Positions 20,974-30,743 of a stretch of 64,000 nucleotides of DNA are shown piece by piece. The DNA comes from Cyanidioschyzon merolae. Lineage: Eukaryota. The notes under the pieces are model-generated. The model did not search any database. It was not told the DNA's origin and saw only the letters and a program-made list of their open reading frames with translations. Made by a program: the position numbers and the translations under genes. How positions within the stretch are numbered: position 1 is the first letter of the stretch; the number at the start of each line of letters is the position of its first letter. The stretch lies in the NCBI GenBank assembly GCA_000091205.1, contig AP006499.2. One strand, written 5' to 3'.

Positions 20974-23211
20974 ATGAGTACACTGCTGATACCAGCGTTT
21001 GCAATAGCAGTCGCAGGACTTGCTGCGCTTCGTTGGAATACAGCGAAACAGGTGCCGCATCAAGTCGGAAGGCGCCCGAACGGAGCGCTCCGTCTACCAT
21101 TAGGGGAAACGAACAACGGCGAAGCGAACGACAGGTCTGGTTCCCCGGTCTTATCTCGCCAGGACGCTCTTCAACAAGCGAGAGCCGAAGCAAGCGCCTA
21201 TGCAGCTCAAGAACCGGTTCAAGCGTTTGCACGAAAGGTTCGCAGTTTGCGACCGGAGGACCTTCTCGACCGCTTTGGCCCCAGTGCATCGCTGCACTTT
21301 GGCACAGCGGGTTTACGTGAACCCATGGGCCCTGGATACAACCTTTTGAATACAGTGGTTGTTGTTCGAGCGACTCGTGCGGTACTGGGGCACCTTGCCG
21401 ACACCCTGGGCTGGGAAGCGCTGCGAACGCGTGGCATCCTTATCGGCTATGATGCGAGGCAGCACTCGGAAACCTTTGCGCAAGCTGCTGCCGTGGTTTG
21501 TGCATCGCACCAGGTTGCCTTTGCTCTACTCGATCGTGTCGTGCCGACACCACTGGTTGCCTTCGGGGTGGTTCAACAACAACGCTGTGCTGGAATCATG
21601 ATCACGGCGAGTCACAATCCGAAGGAATACAACGGTTACAAACTCTATATGGAAAATGGCTTGCAGATCAGTGCAGCCGTTGCCAAACAGATTGAGGCTC
21701 GGATGCGGTCCGAGGCGTCCTCGCCCCGAGAACGACAGGCCGAGCTTCTTTTCGCGACCAAGGAGCTGGCCTCGTTACCTCGTCAGTCCGTGGAGACACT
21801 CTGGCAGGCCTACGAACAGCGCATTCGCCATGAACTTTATGCGCCGATGAGGTTCGATAGCGCTCGTCTTCAGATCGTCCATACTGCATTGCATGGTGTG
21901 GCCGACGATTACCTCAGGCGACTTTTTGCGGCCTTTGCATTACCGACCTATACGCCGACGGCGGCACAACAGAGCCCCGACGGTGATTTTCCAACGGTCC
22001 CGGTTCCGAACCCGGAAGAGGGTGCTGCAGTTCTGCGTCTGGCTATGCAGACTGCAGAGCAACTTTTGCGATCGAACAAGACGAATGCTGTGGTGGTTTT
22101 AGCGAATGACCCAGATGCAGATCGGTTGGCAGTGGCAGAACTAGCACCGCAAACAAATCCTCGGTGGCACATTTTCCACGGTGATGAAGTTGGTATCCTA
22201 TTTGCCTGGTGGATGCTGCAGCAGGTCGAGAAGCTTGGTAAGCAACGTGCTTCCACGGAAATGGTCTTCATCAACAGCGTTGTTTCCTCTCAGATGCTCG
22301 GAGCATTGGCTGAACACCAGCACAAGCTGCGCTGCCGCTGGATACAGCATTATCCCGGTTTCAAATGGCTTATGGAAGTGGCGGTAGCGCAAACGCGACC
22401 GCAACAGCAAGTGCTCCTTGTCTACGAGGAGGCGCTCGGCTATGCGCTCGGCGGCCTGCGTTCGGGTACGTTGCCGGTAAATGACAAGGACGGCATCGCC
22501 GCAGCGATCGTCGCAGCCCAGCTGGCTTACTTTTGCCACCAAAACAGGACTTACGGCTCGCTGCAGGGACTTCTCGAGAGCCTCTACCGCCAGTACGGTC
22601 TCTACCTCCAGCACTCTGGATATTTACGCTGTCGAGACTTTCGCACATTGACGCCTTTGTTTGAGCGCATTCGTCAACGCCTCGCGTCGGGCGAGCTGGT
22701 GCTCTTCACCGCCGACGATGGATGCGGAGGCGGCAAACCGTTACCGCCGCGACGGTACCAGATCCAAAGCGTCTATGACTGGACTCGCGGCTACTATTGC
22801 GCGTATGGCTGCGAGCCGGTGCCGCTGTCGCTACCGCCTCAACCCAAAACGCACTTTATGACGTTCTGCATCAGAGAGAGTGATGAACATAGGCTGAGCC
22901 TTCAGAGACAGCGGCGACAGCAGCCGAGGCAAACGCCTTCCGGAGACCGCTCGAGAACGCCATCGTCTCCGTCGACACCGATGAAGCCTGCGAGTCCTTC
23001 GCTCCCCGCAGACGCGGACCTACGAATAACTCTGCGGAACAGCGGCACAGAACGGAAACTTAAGTTCTACTCAGAGCTCCATGTAACTAGATACAGTCGC
23101 TTAGAAGACCGCGATGAACTGCGAAAGGCTCTTGATCGCGCAGTTCGCGCGTTCATCGAGGCGTTCCTGCAGCCAGGCCTACACGGCCTGGAGTATGGAA
23201 CAGATCGTTAA
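20974..23211 (+). CDS. phosphoglucomutase-2 / phosphopentomutase-like (alpha-D-phosphohexomutase family) with N-terminal extension and a low-complexity insertion near the C-terminus
   Basis: ATG at 20974. It carries FGTAGLREPMGPGYNLLN, the active-site loop ITASHNPKEYNGYKLYMENG (phosphoserine), and the C-terminal RNSGTERKLKFYSE (compare SGTEP-K-Y in PGM2). An S/P/R-rich insert (QRQRRQQPRQTPSGDRSRTPSSPSTP) sits inside domain 4. Confidence 0.75.
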   Translation: MSTLLIPAFAIAVAGLAALRWNTAKQVPHQVGRRPNGALRLPLGETNNGEANDRSGSPVLSRQDALQQARAEASAYAAQEPVQAFARKVRSLRPEDLLDRFGPSASLHFGTAGLREPMGPGYNLLNTVVVVRATRAVLGHLADTLGWEALRTRGILIGYDARQHSETFAQAAAVVCASHQVAFALLDRVVPTPLVAFGVVQQQRCAGIMITASHNPKEYNGYKLYMENGLQISAAVAKQIEARMRSEASSPRERQAELLFATKELASLPRQSVETLWQAYEQRIRHELYAPMRFDSARLQIVHTALHGVADDYLRRLFAAFALPTYTPTAAQQSPDGDFPTVPVPNPEEGAAVLRLAMQTAEQLLRSNKTNAVVVLANDPDADRLAVAELAPQTNPRWHIFHGDEVGILFAWWMLQQVEKLGKQRASTEMVFINSVVSSQMLGALAEHQHKLRCRWIQHYPGFKWLMEVAVAQTRPQQQVLLVYEEALGYALGGLRSGTLPVNDKDGIAAAIVAAQLAYFCHQNRTYGSLQGLLESLYRQYGLYLQHSGYLRCRDFRTLTPLFERIRQRLASGELVLFTADDGCGGGKPLPPRRYQIQSVYDWTRGYYCAYGCEPVPLSLPPQPKTHFMTFCIRESDEHRLSLQRQRRQQPRQTPSGDRSRTPSSPSTPMKPASPSLPADADLRITLRNSGTERKLKFYSELHVTRYSRLEDRDELRKALDRAVRAFIEAFLQPGLHGLEYGTDR

Positions 23212-23335
23212 AGCAGGAAAGTGCTCGAAACGTTCATAATTCATCTGGATATGTTTTTAGTCGCTTTAGTAGGTTTCCGCTGGGATCCGAGAAACGCACA
23301 CGCATACCCTACACTTGTGTCGGATTGAAATGGAG

Positions 23336-24691
23336 CACGGAACTGCTCGATCTAATCATGTCTTGCGAATTTTTCCAAACTTGTATCGATATGCAGCCTC
23401 GACTTTCCAAGTGCAGCGATACTGGTTTACGGGTTCATTTGTCGTTTTTAGGATGATCGGTCGTGGTTTCGGTGTGGTGCATGCGACTATCTGGCGCTGG
23501 ATCTCGCTAGGTGACTGGAATCAAGATCATTGGCGGCATTCGCGACTAAGGGCTCGTAACATAACCGACATGATCACAGCGTTCAGACGTGCAAGCCTCC
23601 AGGATTCTCCTTTTATTACGTGTTGTATACGCGAATCATAATTTTCATTCATGTTTCCGATCTTTCTGTTTCAAGGCAAGTTGGTTGTGCAGCAATGCGC
23701 TCCGCTGGATTGGCGATGAAGGGATCTCGACGTCGTCTCATTACGACTTGTAGAATATGTTATTTCAATCGCTCACTGGACTTGCAAACTCAAATAAGCG
23801 ATCCCTGGTTGAAAGACAAACACCCTAATCTTCGCGCCCGTCGACGAGACGGTATGCGGCACCAGCACCCTGATACCTCGCACGGGACAGGCTGCCAGAG
23901 GCTCCCGAGTCGCCTGTTCGCAAGCGCAGAAAAGCGCCCTGGACGCTGGGTTCAGTCGTCGCAGCGACCGCTGCCGGTGTAGCGCTCGTCACCGCTTTGC
24001 ATGGAGTGAGCGTGCATCGCTCAATATACTTCGACTTGTCCTTCGAGCTGCGCTTTCCTTCGGGTAGTTGCTTCATCGTGGACAACATCGCGCTCCACGT
24101 ACCGTCTACCGAAAGGAACAGCGTACGCTTCCATGTAAAACAGGCGGCGTGCTCCCCGAGAGGATCGCCCAGCACAAGCCCGTGATCGCTGCGTGCGACA
24201 CTGGGCTCGGAAATGGAGCACGGCATCCAAGGCAGCCTTCTTCATTCGTCAAGGGCATGTACTGAGCGACGAGGCAAGCGTGCGCACGCCACTGGGTGCT
24301 TCTCCAGTGAGAACGTACGGCGTACGTGTGAGAGCACCTGATCACAGTTTCGTGTTACCGCTGCGAAGGACGCCACGAGTCTCTATGAAGACAAAATGAA
24401 AATCGCGAGCGAAGCAACGTTTCCAATTCCAGTCTGTGCATGGAATGCGTTGTCAACAGCGCGCAGCGACGGCTTCGGGGCCTGAACGCTGCCATCACCA
24501 TCGGTCGACTGCTGGCATCGAAGCAGGCGGGACACCAGAGACCAGCGTATATCAACATCTGATGCAAGAACTAGGAACAAGGACCCGTCGCAGAGGAGGC
24601 CCGCAAAGGCCGGTGTTGATGACGGGCGGAAGCGACGCTGACGTTCGATAGTACGTCCGAGTTGGAGGACCCGTTCCATTTTATTTTGCAA
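23336..24691. repeat. R-family dispersed repeat, copy R2 (1356 bp). It is about 99% identical to 6243..7598 and in the same orientation
   Basis: See R1. The boundaries are where identity with the R1 flanks is lost (gaaatggag|cacggaactgctcg on the left and ccgttccattttattttgc|aaggggtacagc on the right). Confidence 0.9.
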
Positions 24692-25374
24692 GGGGTACAG
24701 CGCCGTCTGCTGAATACCATTGAAGACTTGAGCGAGCGTCACGCGATACTGTCGTGTGCAGTGGAAGACACTGAAAGCGCGCGGCATTGGACGAGCACCA
24801 CTTGCCTCCCACGGAACGCGTACGATTATTGCCGGCGATCGATGCTCCCTTCCATGTGTCTCGCTGGAGAAGCCAGAAGCGCGCAGAATCTACAGACCGT
24901 GGCAGTGCTGCATGCGGAGTACCCGTGGATAGCCACCTGCGTCACACGGTATCTTTGTACGACTGGAGCAGCGCGTTTTCTGGAGAACAGATCCGGTGCA
25001 ATGGTCTGGATGGTAAGCGATCTCGCAAGACCGAATCGTTACCGTATTGCAGACTCGGCCACAGGTATACGACGCTGCAAAGAACAACCTTTTTTCCGAG
25101 TTATCTGAATGCACATTGCACCAAGTTCGTACTCAAACAACGAGTCCTCTACACAAGATACTCGAAAGCAGCTCGCACATTAAACGTGAATGCTGAACCT
25201 CCGCGACTCGACATACTTGCAGTGCCTCCGAAACTACGGATACGCTCTCTGCATCATGTGCGAACTACCTCGGGAACGTTACGCACAGCAAACGTGTGCG
25301 CTGATTGACCAGCATTCGACATGCTTGCCGTGCTTCCAACACAAACTGTCGCGACACACGACGCTGCCCGGATA

Positions 25375-26823
25375 TCATAACCATGGTTCACCTGTGGCAA
25401 TGCGCACGACTGAGGATCGAAGCGGTGCCACCCTTTCAATGAACTGCATTCCTAGACCGCGAAAACTGCTTGCTAAAGTGGATCCGAGTCCTCGTGTTCG
25501 GGTCGGAAAGGCAAAAACGCGACGCAACGCAGAAAGCGTCACTAACATCGCCGTGTTCAGAGGCAACCTCTCTCGAGTATAGACAGCCAAGACGCTTGGA
25601 TCGCCGATATCCCGTCCCGTTTGCCATGCTTGTTTCAAAACACGAGCAAGCGTCTGCGCATCCGCAAGCCCCAGGTTTACGCCCTGTCCAGCGAGCGGAT
25701 GAACGACATGGGCGGCGTCACCCACTAAGACGACTCGATTGGCGTCGTATCCAGTAGCGCTCCCAAAGTGGAGTGGAAACGACCAACGATCTCTGCCATC
25801 CGTTCGACTCGGGATCAGTCGTTGAAAACTGGGCACTACGGGGAAGCTTCGCCTATCGATCGGGTACGAGCTCTGGCTCAAAAAGCGACGATACGGAGCG
25901 TGCTGGCCTCCATCGACATTCACTCGATGTAGCGCTGCATGCGTTGCATCGAGAAACTGCGAGGCGGAGGCCTCAGTCTCCAGCCAATCCGCTTCGGATT
26001 CATTCGTGGACCAGACGATATTGCTGTACATGCCATGCTGTCCCATGGGGAGAATTGCCAGCGGGCCTCTCGGGAGAAAACGTTGAATCGCCACCAGGTT
26101 GGGTTCGCGATTCTCTACAATAGCGACCACTGCCCGCTGATGGTATGAACGCCCTATCCAGGTTAGTTCGGTCTGGTGGCGGACTCTGGAGCGAGCGCCA
26201 TCAGCTGCAATCACCAGGGAAGCGGCCACAGCGAATGGTGGATGTTCCGCTTCAGAGAGATGCAACTGTGCCCAGGGATGGGATGCTGGCCAGGTCAGGG
26301 TATCGAAGCAGGCTCTGGACCAGCATATGGAACCGGAGACTGAACTGGTTCCATCTCGACCGCTGGCGTTGCCGGTGGGCTCCTTCTCGCCAGCGACTCG
26401 CTCTAGACACCGGTGAAGCGTCTCGAGCAGTGCGGTTTCTTCGACGATATATCCCAGCGCTGGTGGCTCGGTGGAGAGGCGCCCGACGCAATCCGCGGCA
26501 TCAAAAGTGATTTTCTCCTGCGCTGAGCGCCCATACGCGAACAGTGTTGGAAACGCGGTGATGGCCCCCTGCGGTAGGCGTTCCCATACGCCAAGCGACG
26601 CGAGAAACTTCTGCGAAGCCGGTGTGATCGCCACAGTGCGTAGTCCAGCTGCTGTGTCATTGATAGGTTGCCAAGCCGGTGCACGTCGCGGATCAACGAG
26701 AAGAATGCGCGCTCCTGGCTCGATGAGGTGCCGGTGCAACGCGAGTGCTAGCGTTGAGCCAACGACACCGGCCCCTACAATCGCCACGTCAGCCGAAGCG
26801 GTCGGTGAACCTGTTTCGGGCAT
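25375..26823 (-). CDS. FAD-dependent monooxygenase of the UbiH/UbiF/Coq6 family (ubiquinone biosynthesis hydroxylase-like)
   Basis: 500-aa ORF whose track start is TTG. The first ATG gives MPETGSPTASADVAIVGAGVVGSTLALAL (GxGxxG FAD-binding fingerprint 12 residues in). It also has ARILLVDP, a DG..S..R region, and the C-terminal VVLVGDAAHVVHPLAGQGVNLGLADAQTLA (GD...HP..GQG motif). Confidence 0.75.
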   Translation of the reverse strand: MPETGSPTASADVAIVGAGVVGSTLALALHRHLIEPGARILLVDPRRAPAWQPINDTAAGLRTVAITPASQKFLASLGVWERLPQGAITAFPTLFAYGRSAQEKITFDAADCVGRLSTEPPALGYIVEETALLETLHRCLERVAGEKEPTGNASGRDGTSSVSGSICWSRACFDTLTWPASHPWAQLHLSEAEHPPFAVAASLVIAADGARSRVRHQTELTWIGRSYHQRAVVAIVENREPNLVAIQRFLPRGPLAILPMGQHGMYSNIVWSTNESEADWLETEASASQFLDATHAALHRVNVDGGQHAPYRRFLSQSSYPIDRRSFPVVPSFQRLIPSRTDGRDRWSFPLHFGSATGYDANRVVLVGDAAHVVHPLAGQGVNLGLADAQTLARVLKQAWQTGRDIGDPSVLAVYTRERLPLNTAMLVTLSALRRVFAFPTRTRGLGSTLASSFRGLGMQFIERVAPLRSSVVRIATGEPWL

Positions 26824-27177
26824 GACCGCTTCTCGGAACGTAACCGGCGACACACGGCGAAACCAGGAGGCTTTCAAACTGGCCTAGAGAAGAACGCCTT
26901 CATACGCAGGTGCCCGATGAAAAAAGATTCGCACGCCCACACCCCTGGAAACAAACGTCTTTTAAAAGAAAAAAGTTGCTGCCAGTGGTACAGCAGTGGC
27001 AAACACGCCCTATACAAGAAGTCACCAACTGACTTGCAGACGCCTCCCAGTTTTTTTTCGACCGGCCGCCTACTACTGGTTTCAACTTTTTCTCATATAA
27101 TGCCACTTTGAGAGGTTGTCCAATAAAGTTCCCTCTTGTCGACTCTGAAGGTTTTTTCTCCATCGCCGCACATCTCC

Positions 27178-29287
27178 TTATACATTGATCGCGGCATGAA
27201 AGCCACGGTTCACAAACTCCATACGTTTCCTGCCATCTTTGGTTGTACTTGTCAATGCAAGTAGTCCACGAACTTTCGCCATCCTTTCCATATGCTCTTC
27301 CGTCAGCGGACCGTATTTTGCTATTTCCTCAGGGCTCCGCTGACACTTTTCCATCTCCACTCCCTGAAGTGTACAACCCAGCTAATGGTGTGTATAGGAC
27401 GTTCGGAACTCATCCATCGGTATTGTAACAAAACGCCGTGCACACTCTTTGAATGTTCTTGTCGTTGGAGCTGGCGTAGTCCCTTTTTGGGTCATCTAGC
27501 GCCCTGCTCCGTACGCCACTACCAGCCTCTGATTTTCATCCTCCTTCAAGGCGCTCAACGCATTGAAAAAATTCGCGAACGCCCGCTGCTTCCCGCATTA
27601 CATATTCATACGCAAACGAACCCACCGAGGCTTTGTATACTCCTCCCACAGCGCATCCCAATGGGCAACACGAACTTCCATGAATTTCCGAAAAGCTTCA
27701 AAGTCCGCTCTTCGGCTCGCTCAAAGCTTCCAGGTGATCCTTCATTCCTGCATTCCGTGTCTCGATTCTCTTCCTCGCATTCATGATTCCCGATTCTCGA
27801 TAGTATCTCGCTCACGAGAACCTCAAAAGACGCATATCTTTCTGACGTAAGTTGCCGTTGTTAGCAACTTCTGCACGCTTGGGTGCAGCGATGGTTACGA
27901 TATTCGTATTCCCAGGGTTCGTGCCAATGACAAAATCGTTATCCTCTACATCCTGCGTGGCAAGATACGCCTCCTTCTCATCTCCACGCTTCGTCACGGC
28001 CGCAGCCGAGGGCGGAACTCGACGATCTGCCTCCAAACGCCGATAGTGAACACACTTGGATACTTCACCGGTTTCGATCATCCTAGTGAATACCTTTTGT
28101 TTGCTCGTATTGAGAAGTTTGAAATTGAGGATATTCTTCCAGTACGTCTCACGGTTTTCGCCGGAGAATTCCCGCCTGCTGGCATTGACCTCCGGACTGG
28201 TCTCCCTCATGATGCCGTGAAGGATTCTGGAGTCGATAGTCACGAAATGTGGCTTGATGTTCCACAATGGAACTACGTTGAAACGCTTCCCCATTAGGGC
28301 AGCCTTCCGTCTCTTCCATTCTCCATTTCTCTCCTCTCTCAGCTTCATCTCTGCCTTGCGTTCGAGTTCTCGGTCCAAAAACACGAAATAGCGTAACATG
28401 AGGCGATAGTATCTTTCCTTATCTTTTTTCAACGCTGATATCTTTTCTGCTGGATTTGCCAGCCCCAGTACCGCACGATGCTCTTTAATAGCCGCACGGA
28501 TGACGGAATCTTTATTCTTTCTCCTGTGTGACGCCATCTCTCCGACGAATTCGGTCTCATCTTTATGTTGGCAATCGTTCGTGATGCCATCGATACTGGC
28601 CCATATCCCCTGGCAAGAGAGACCCCGGTGCAGCGCAAAGATGGAGCGTATCAGAAAGCATTCGAGGTTCAAGGTCATAGGGTCCCTCAGGTTCGTGAGG
28701 TACTTCATCGCCCCATGGCAGTAAATATTCCCGTCACCGCTGTATCGAGTACCCTCGCAGCGGCATTCCGCGAAGTTTTCCTGGAGGACATGCACTCGCT
28801 CATTTCTCCAAGACGTTTCCGCTGTGCCAACCATCAGGTGGCGAATAACGGTCTTGTCGAAAAATTCCACCCGCACCTCGACCGTTTTGATGTCCGTCAC
28901 GTCTTCGTTCATCTTCCTCACCAAATGCATTATTCTTGCAAAAGCCTTGCAATCGCTCATGCAGTAGTGCGCGATACGGTCTCTGAGATCCTCCCGCAAA
29001 TTTTGCTTCTACGGATTCATGATATGCTTGAGACGACAGGCTTTCGGTACTATTTCGACGTAGTGTCGTCTTTCCTCGAGCCATTGGCGTCGGGCCGCCT
29101 GCCTTAGCTTCTTCGTCTCATCCTGTTCCTCTCTGCTCTGCACTGTTTTTTCTTTGTTTCCGCCTGCCGGCGGTAATAGCCCTCTAGGATCCTCCACTTC
29201 CATGTCCAAACTTCCCTTTTTCATTTTTGAAAACGAATGCACTTTGAACTCCCCTGCTATAAACCCCGAAAACTCACTTGAATACAC
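27178..29287 (-). mobile_element. degenerate Fanzor/TnpB-like element, copy A. It has the longest surviving ORF (395 aa) but mutated catalytic sites
   Basis: ORF 27812..28999 ends ...[42 protein letters not shown]. That is the RuvC-I block with Asp replaced by Asn (GTNPG instead of G-I-D-P-G). ORF 27178..27360, MAKVRGLLALTSTTKDGRKRMEFVNRGFHAAINV, is the RuvC-III block with Asp replaced by Gly and an immediate stop. Frame breaks occur at about 29009/28999, 27812 and 27606-27360. The N-terminal ~350 aa aligns with the N-terminal fragments of copies B and C. Confidence 0.65.
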
Positions 29288-29699
29288 TCACTTGAGGGTT
29301 GAAACAAAACTGAAATAAAAGACTGTATTTTTCGACGACTTCAACATCGTCGCAGCTTGTACTTTAGAACGAGAAGTCAACGAATATTCAGGATCGCGTT
29401 TCGCTTCAACGGCGAGATGCGCGTCGTGTCCCATGTATACCAGGTATGGAGGTGCGTCTATCGACCGCGCTACATAGAACAAATAACAGAGACTAACGAT
29501 CAAGTATCAACGATATAGAGATTTATTCCCCCTCGATGATAAATGTGAAGAGAGGAAAAAGCTTTCAGTATTGTCGAAGGCCTACCCTCGAGGCGGAAGG
29601 TCCCGCGAGCCGGACAAGTCTGCCAAGCTTGCGCTCTGTGCGACTCTGCAGTTGCGGGTACTTTAGCGAGACCTAAGCTGAAACTCGTACGCAACGCAA

Positions 29700-29930
29700 T
29701 TCTTTCTGGTGCGAGGGGCAGCTAAGCTCCGTCTGGGCGTCGCCCTGGTCGCAGTGGTCTCCAAGTATATCGCTTCGCGCTGCCATAGGCAGCACGTCTA
29801 TCTGCGCAGCTTGCTTGCCCCCAGAATCATGATGCATCCCGATTAGGTATTGCGTGAACCACACCTCGAGCAGACGCCCTCCGTAGTACGGCAAAGCCGT
29901 TGTATCCCCATGTTGCATCTGCTCCAATGG
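29700..29930. repeat. ~230-bp segment related to 48190..48400 (about 75% identity, same orientation)
   Basis: ccgtctgggcgtcgccctggtcg...gtgaaccacacctcgagcagacgccctccgtagtacggcaaagccgt here, versus ggcgtctgggcatcgccctgacc...catgaaccacacctcgagctggcgccttccgtagtatggcgaaaccgc at 48.2-48.4 kb. Minus-strand ORFs 29673..29927 and 48032..48424 share PYYGGRLLEVWF / PYYGRRQLEVWF and QAAQIDV / QAAQIDL. It lies about 400 bp beyond the 5' end of Fanzor-like copy A. Confidence 0.7.
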
Positions 29931-30743
29931 TTTCGTCGTTATTGTGGGTGCTTAAAGCAGACACTCGGCGTTCCTTAGAACTCAAGGAACTACCAGCATA
30001 TCCAAAATGAAATATAAGTTATGGAACTTGAAGGTACGTTGCATCATGCTGGAAGCTTTCCCCACAGCCATGATCCATCCCGCAATCTGGGCCCCATGCG
30101 CAATGAAAGCGTTTTGCCATCAAAAAACGCGACCCGTACCGAACGTTCACGACATTTTTAAACGAATGCACAACTAGCTGCGAAGGCGCAATTCTTGTAT
30201 GCACTTGCTGTCCAGCGCAGCGACAGTTTGGAGCTACCAAGCGCTTGGACCTGGAAGCGTCTTCCGCATCTTTGCGATTTCGAGTGCACGGCAGAGCGGT
30301 GAAGGAAAAGCGTCTAGAACGAAGCTGCGTGTGAAACGCAAGCGTCCCAGCGTACGATGGTACCAGCGAGCGGCTCAGGAGGTCACTTTCAGGCCAAGGC
30401 GGTGTGATAGCTATCGACTCGAAAACGCTCGCAACTGTTCGAGACCCAGCGCCCTTTAAACTCGTGGTCGAAGCACTGGTGCTTTCTGCGTTTTCTGCTG
30501 TGCTGCCACTTGGCTGCTGTTCTCGTCAGTTAACTGGACCAGTTCGCCAAAGTACCAGGTTGTGGCACTGTGCTTGCAGCTGGGAGCGCGGATCGAATCG
30601 TCTGAACCACGTCACCAGCGGCACGCTCTTGTCCGTCTTGTTTATCTCGCGCGTCGTTGCGAGAGCTCGCGGAGTTGCATGGCACACGCTTTGATAGAGG
30701 TCTGGACTGGGGCGAGCGCATCCCCGCCGAGCATCTTCAACTA

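Noticed and set aside
6243-24691. R1/R2 as the two LTRs of an LTR retrotransposon
   Set aside because: The 17 kb between them contains five ordinary host genes on both strands and no gag/pol-like ORFs. The repeats have no obvious TG..CA termini.
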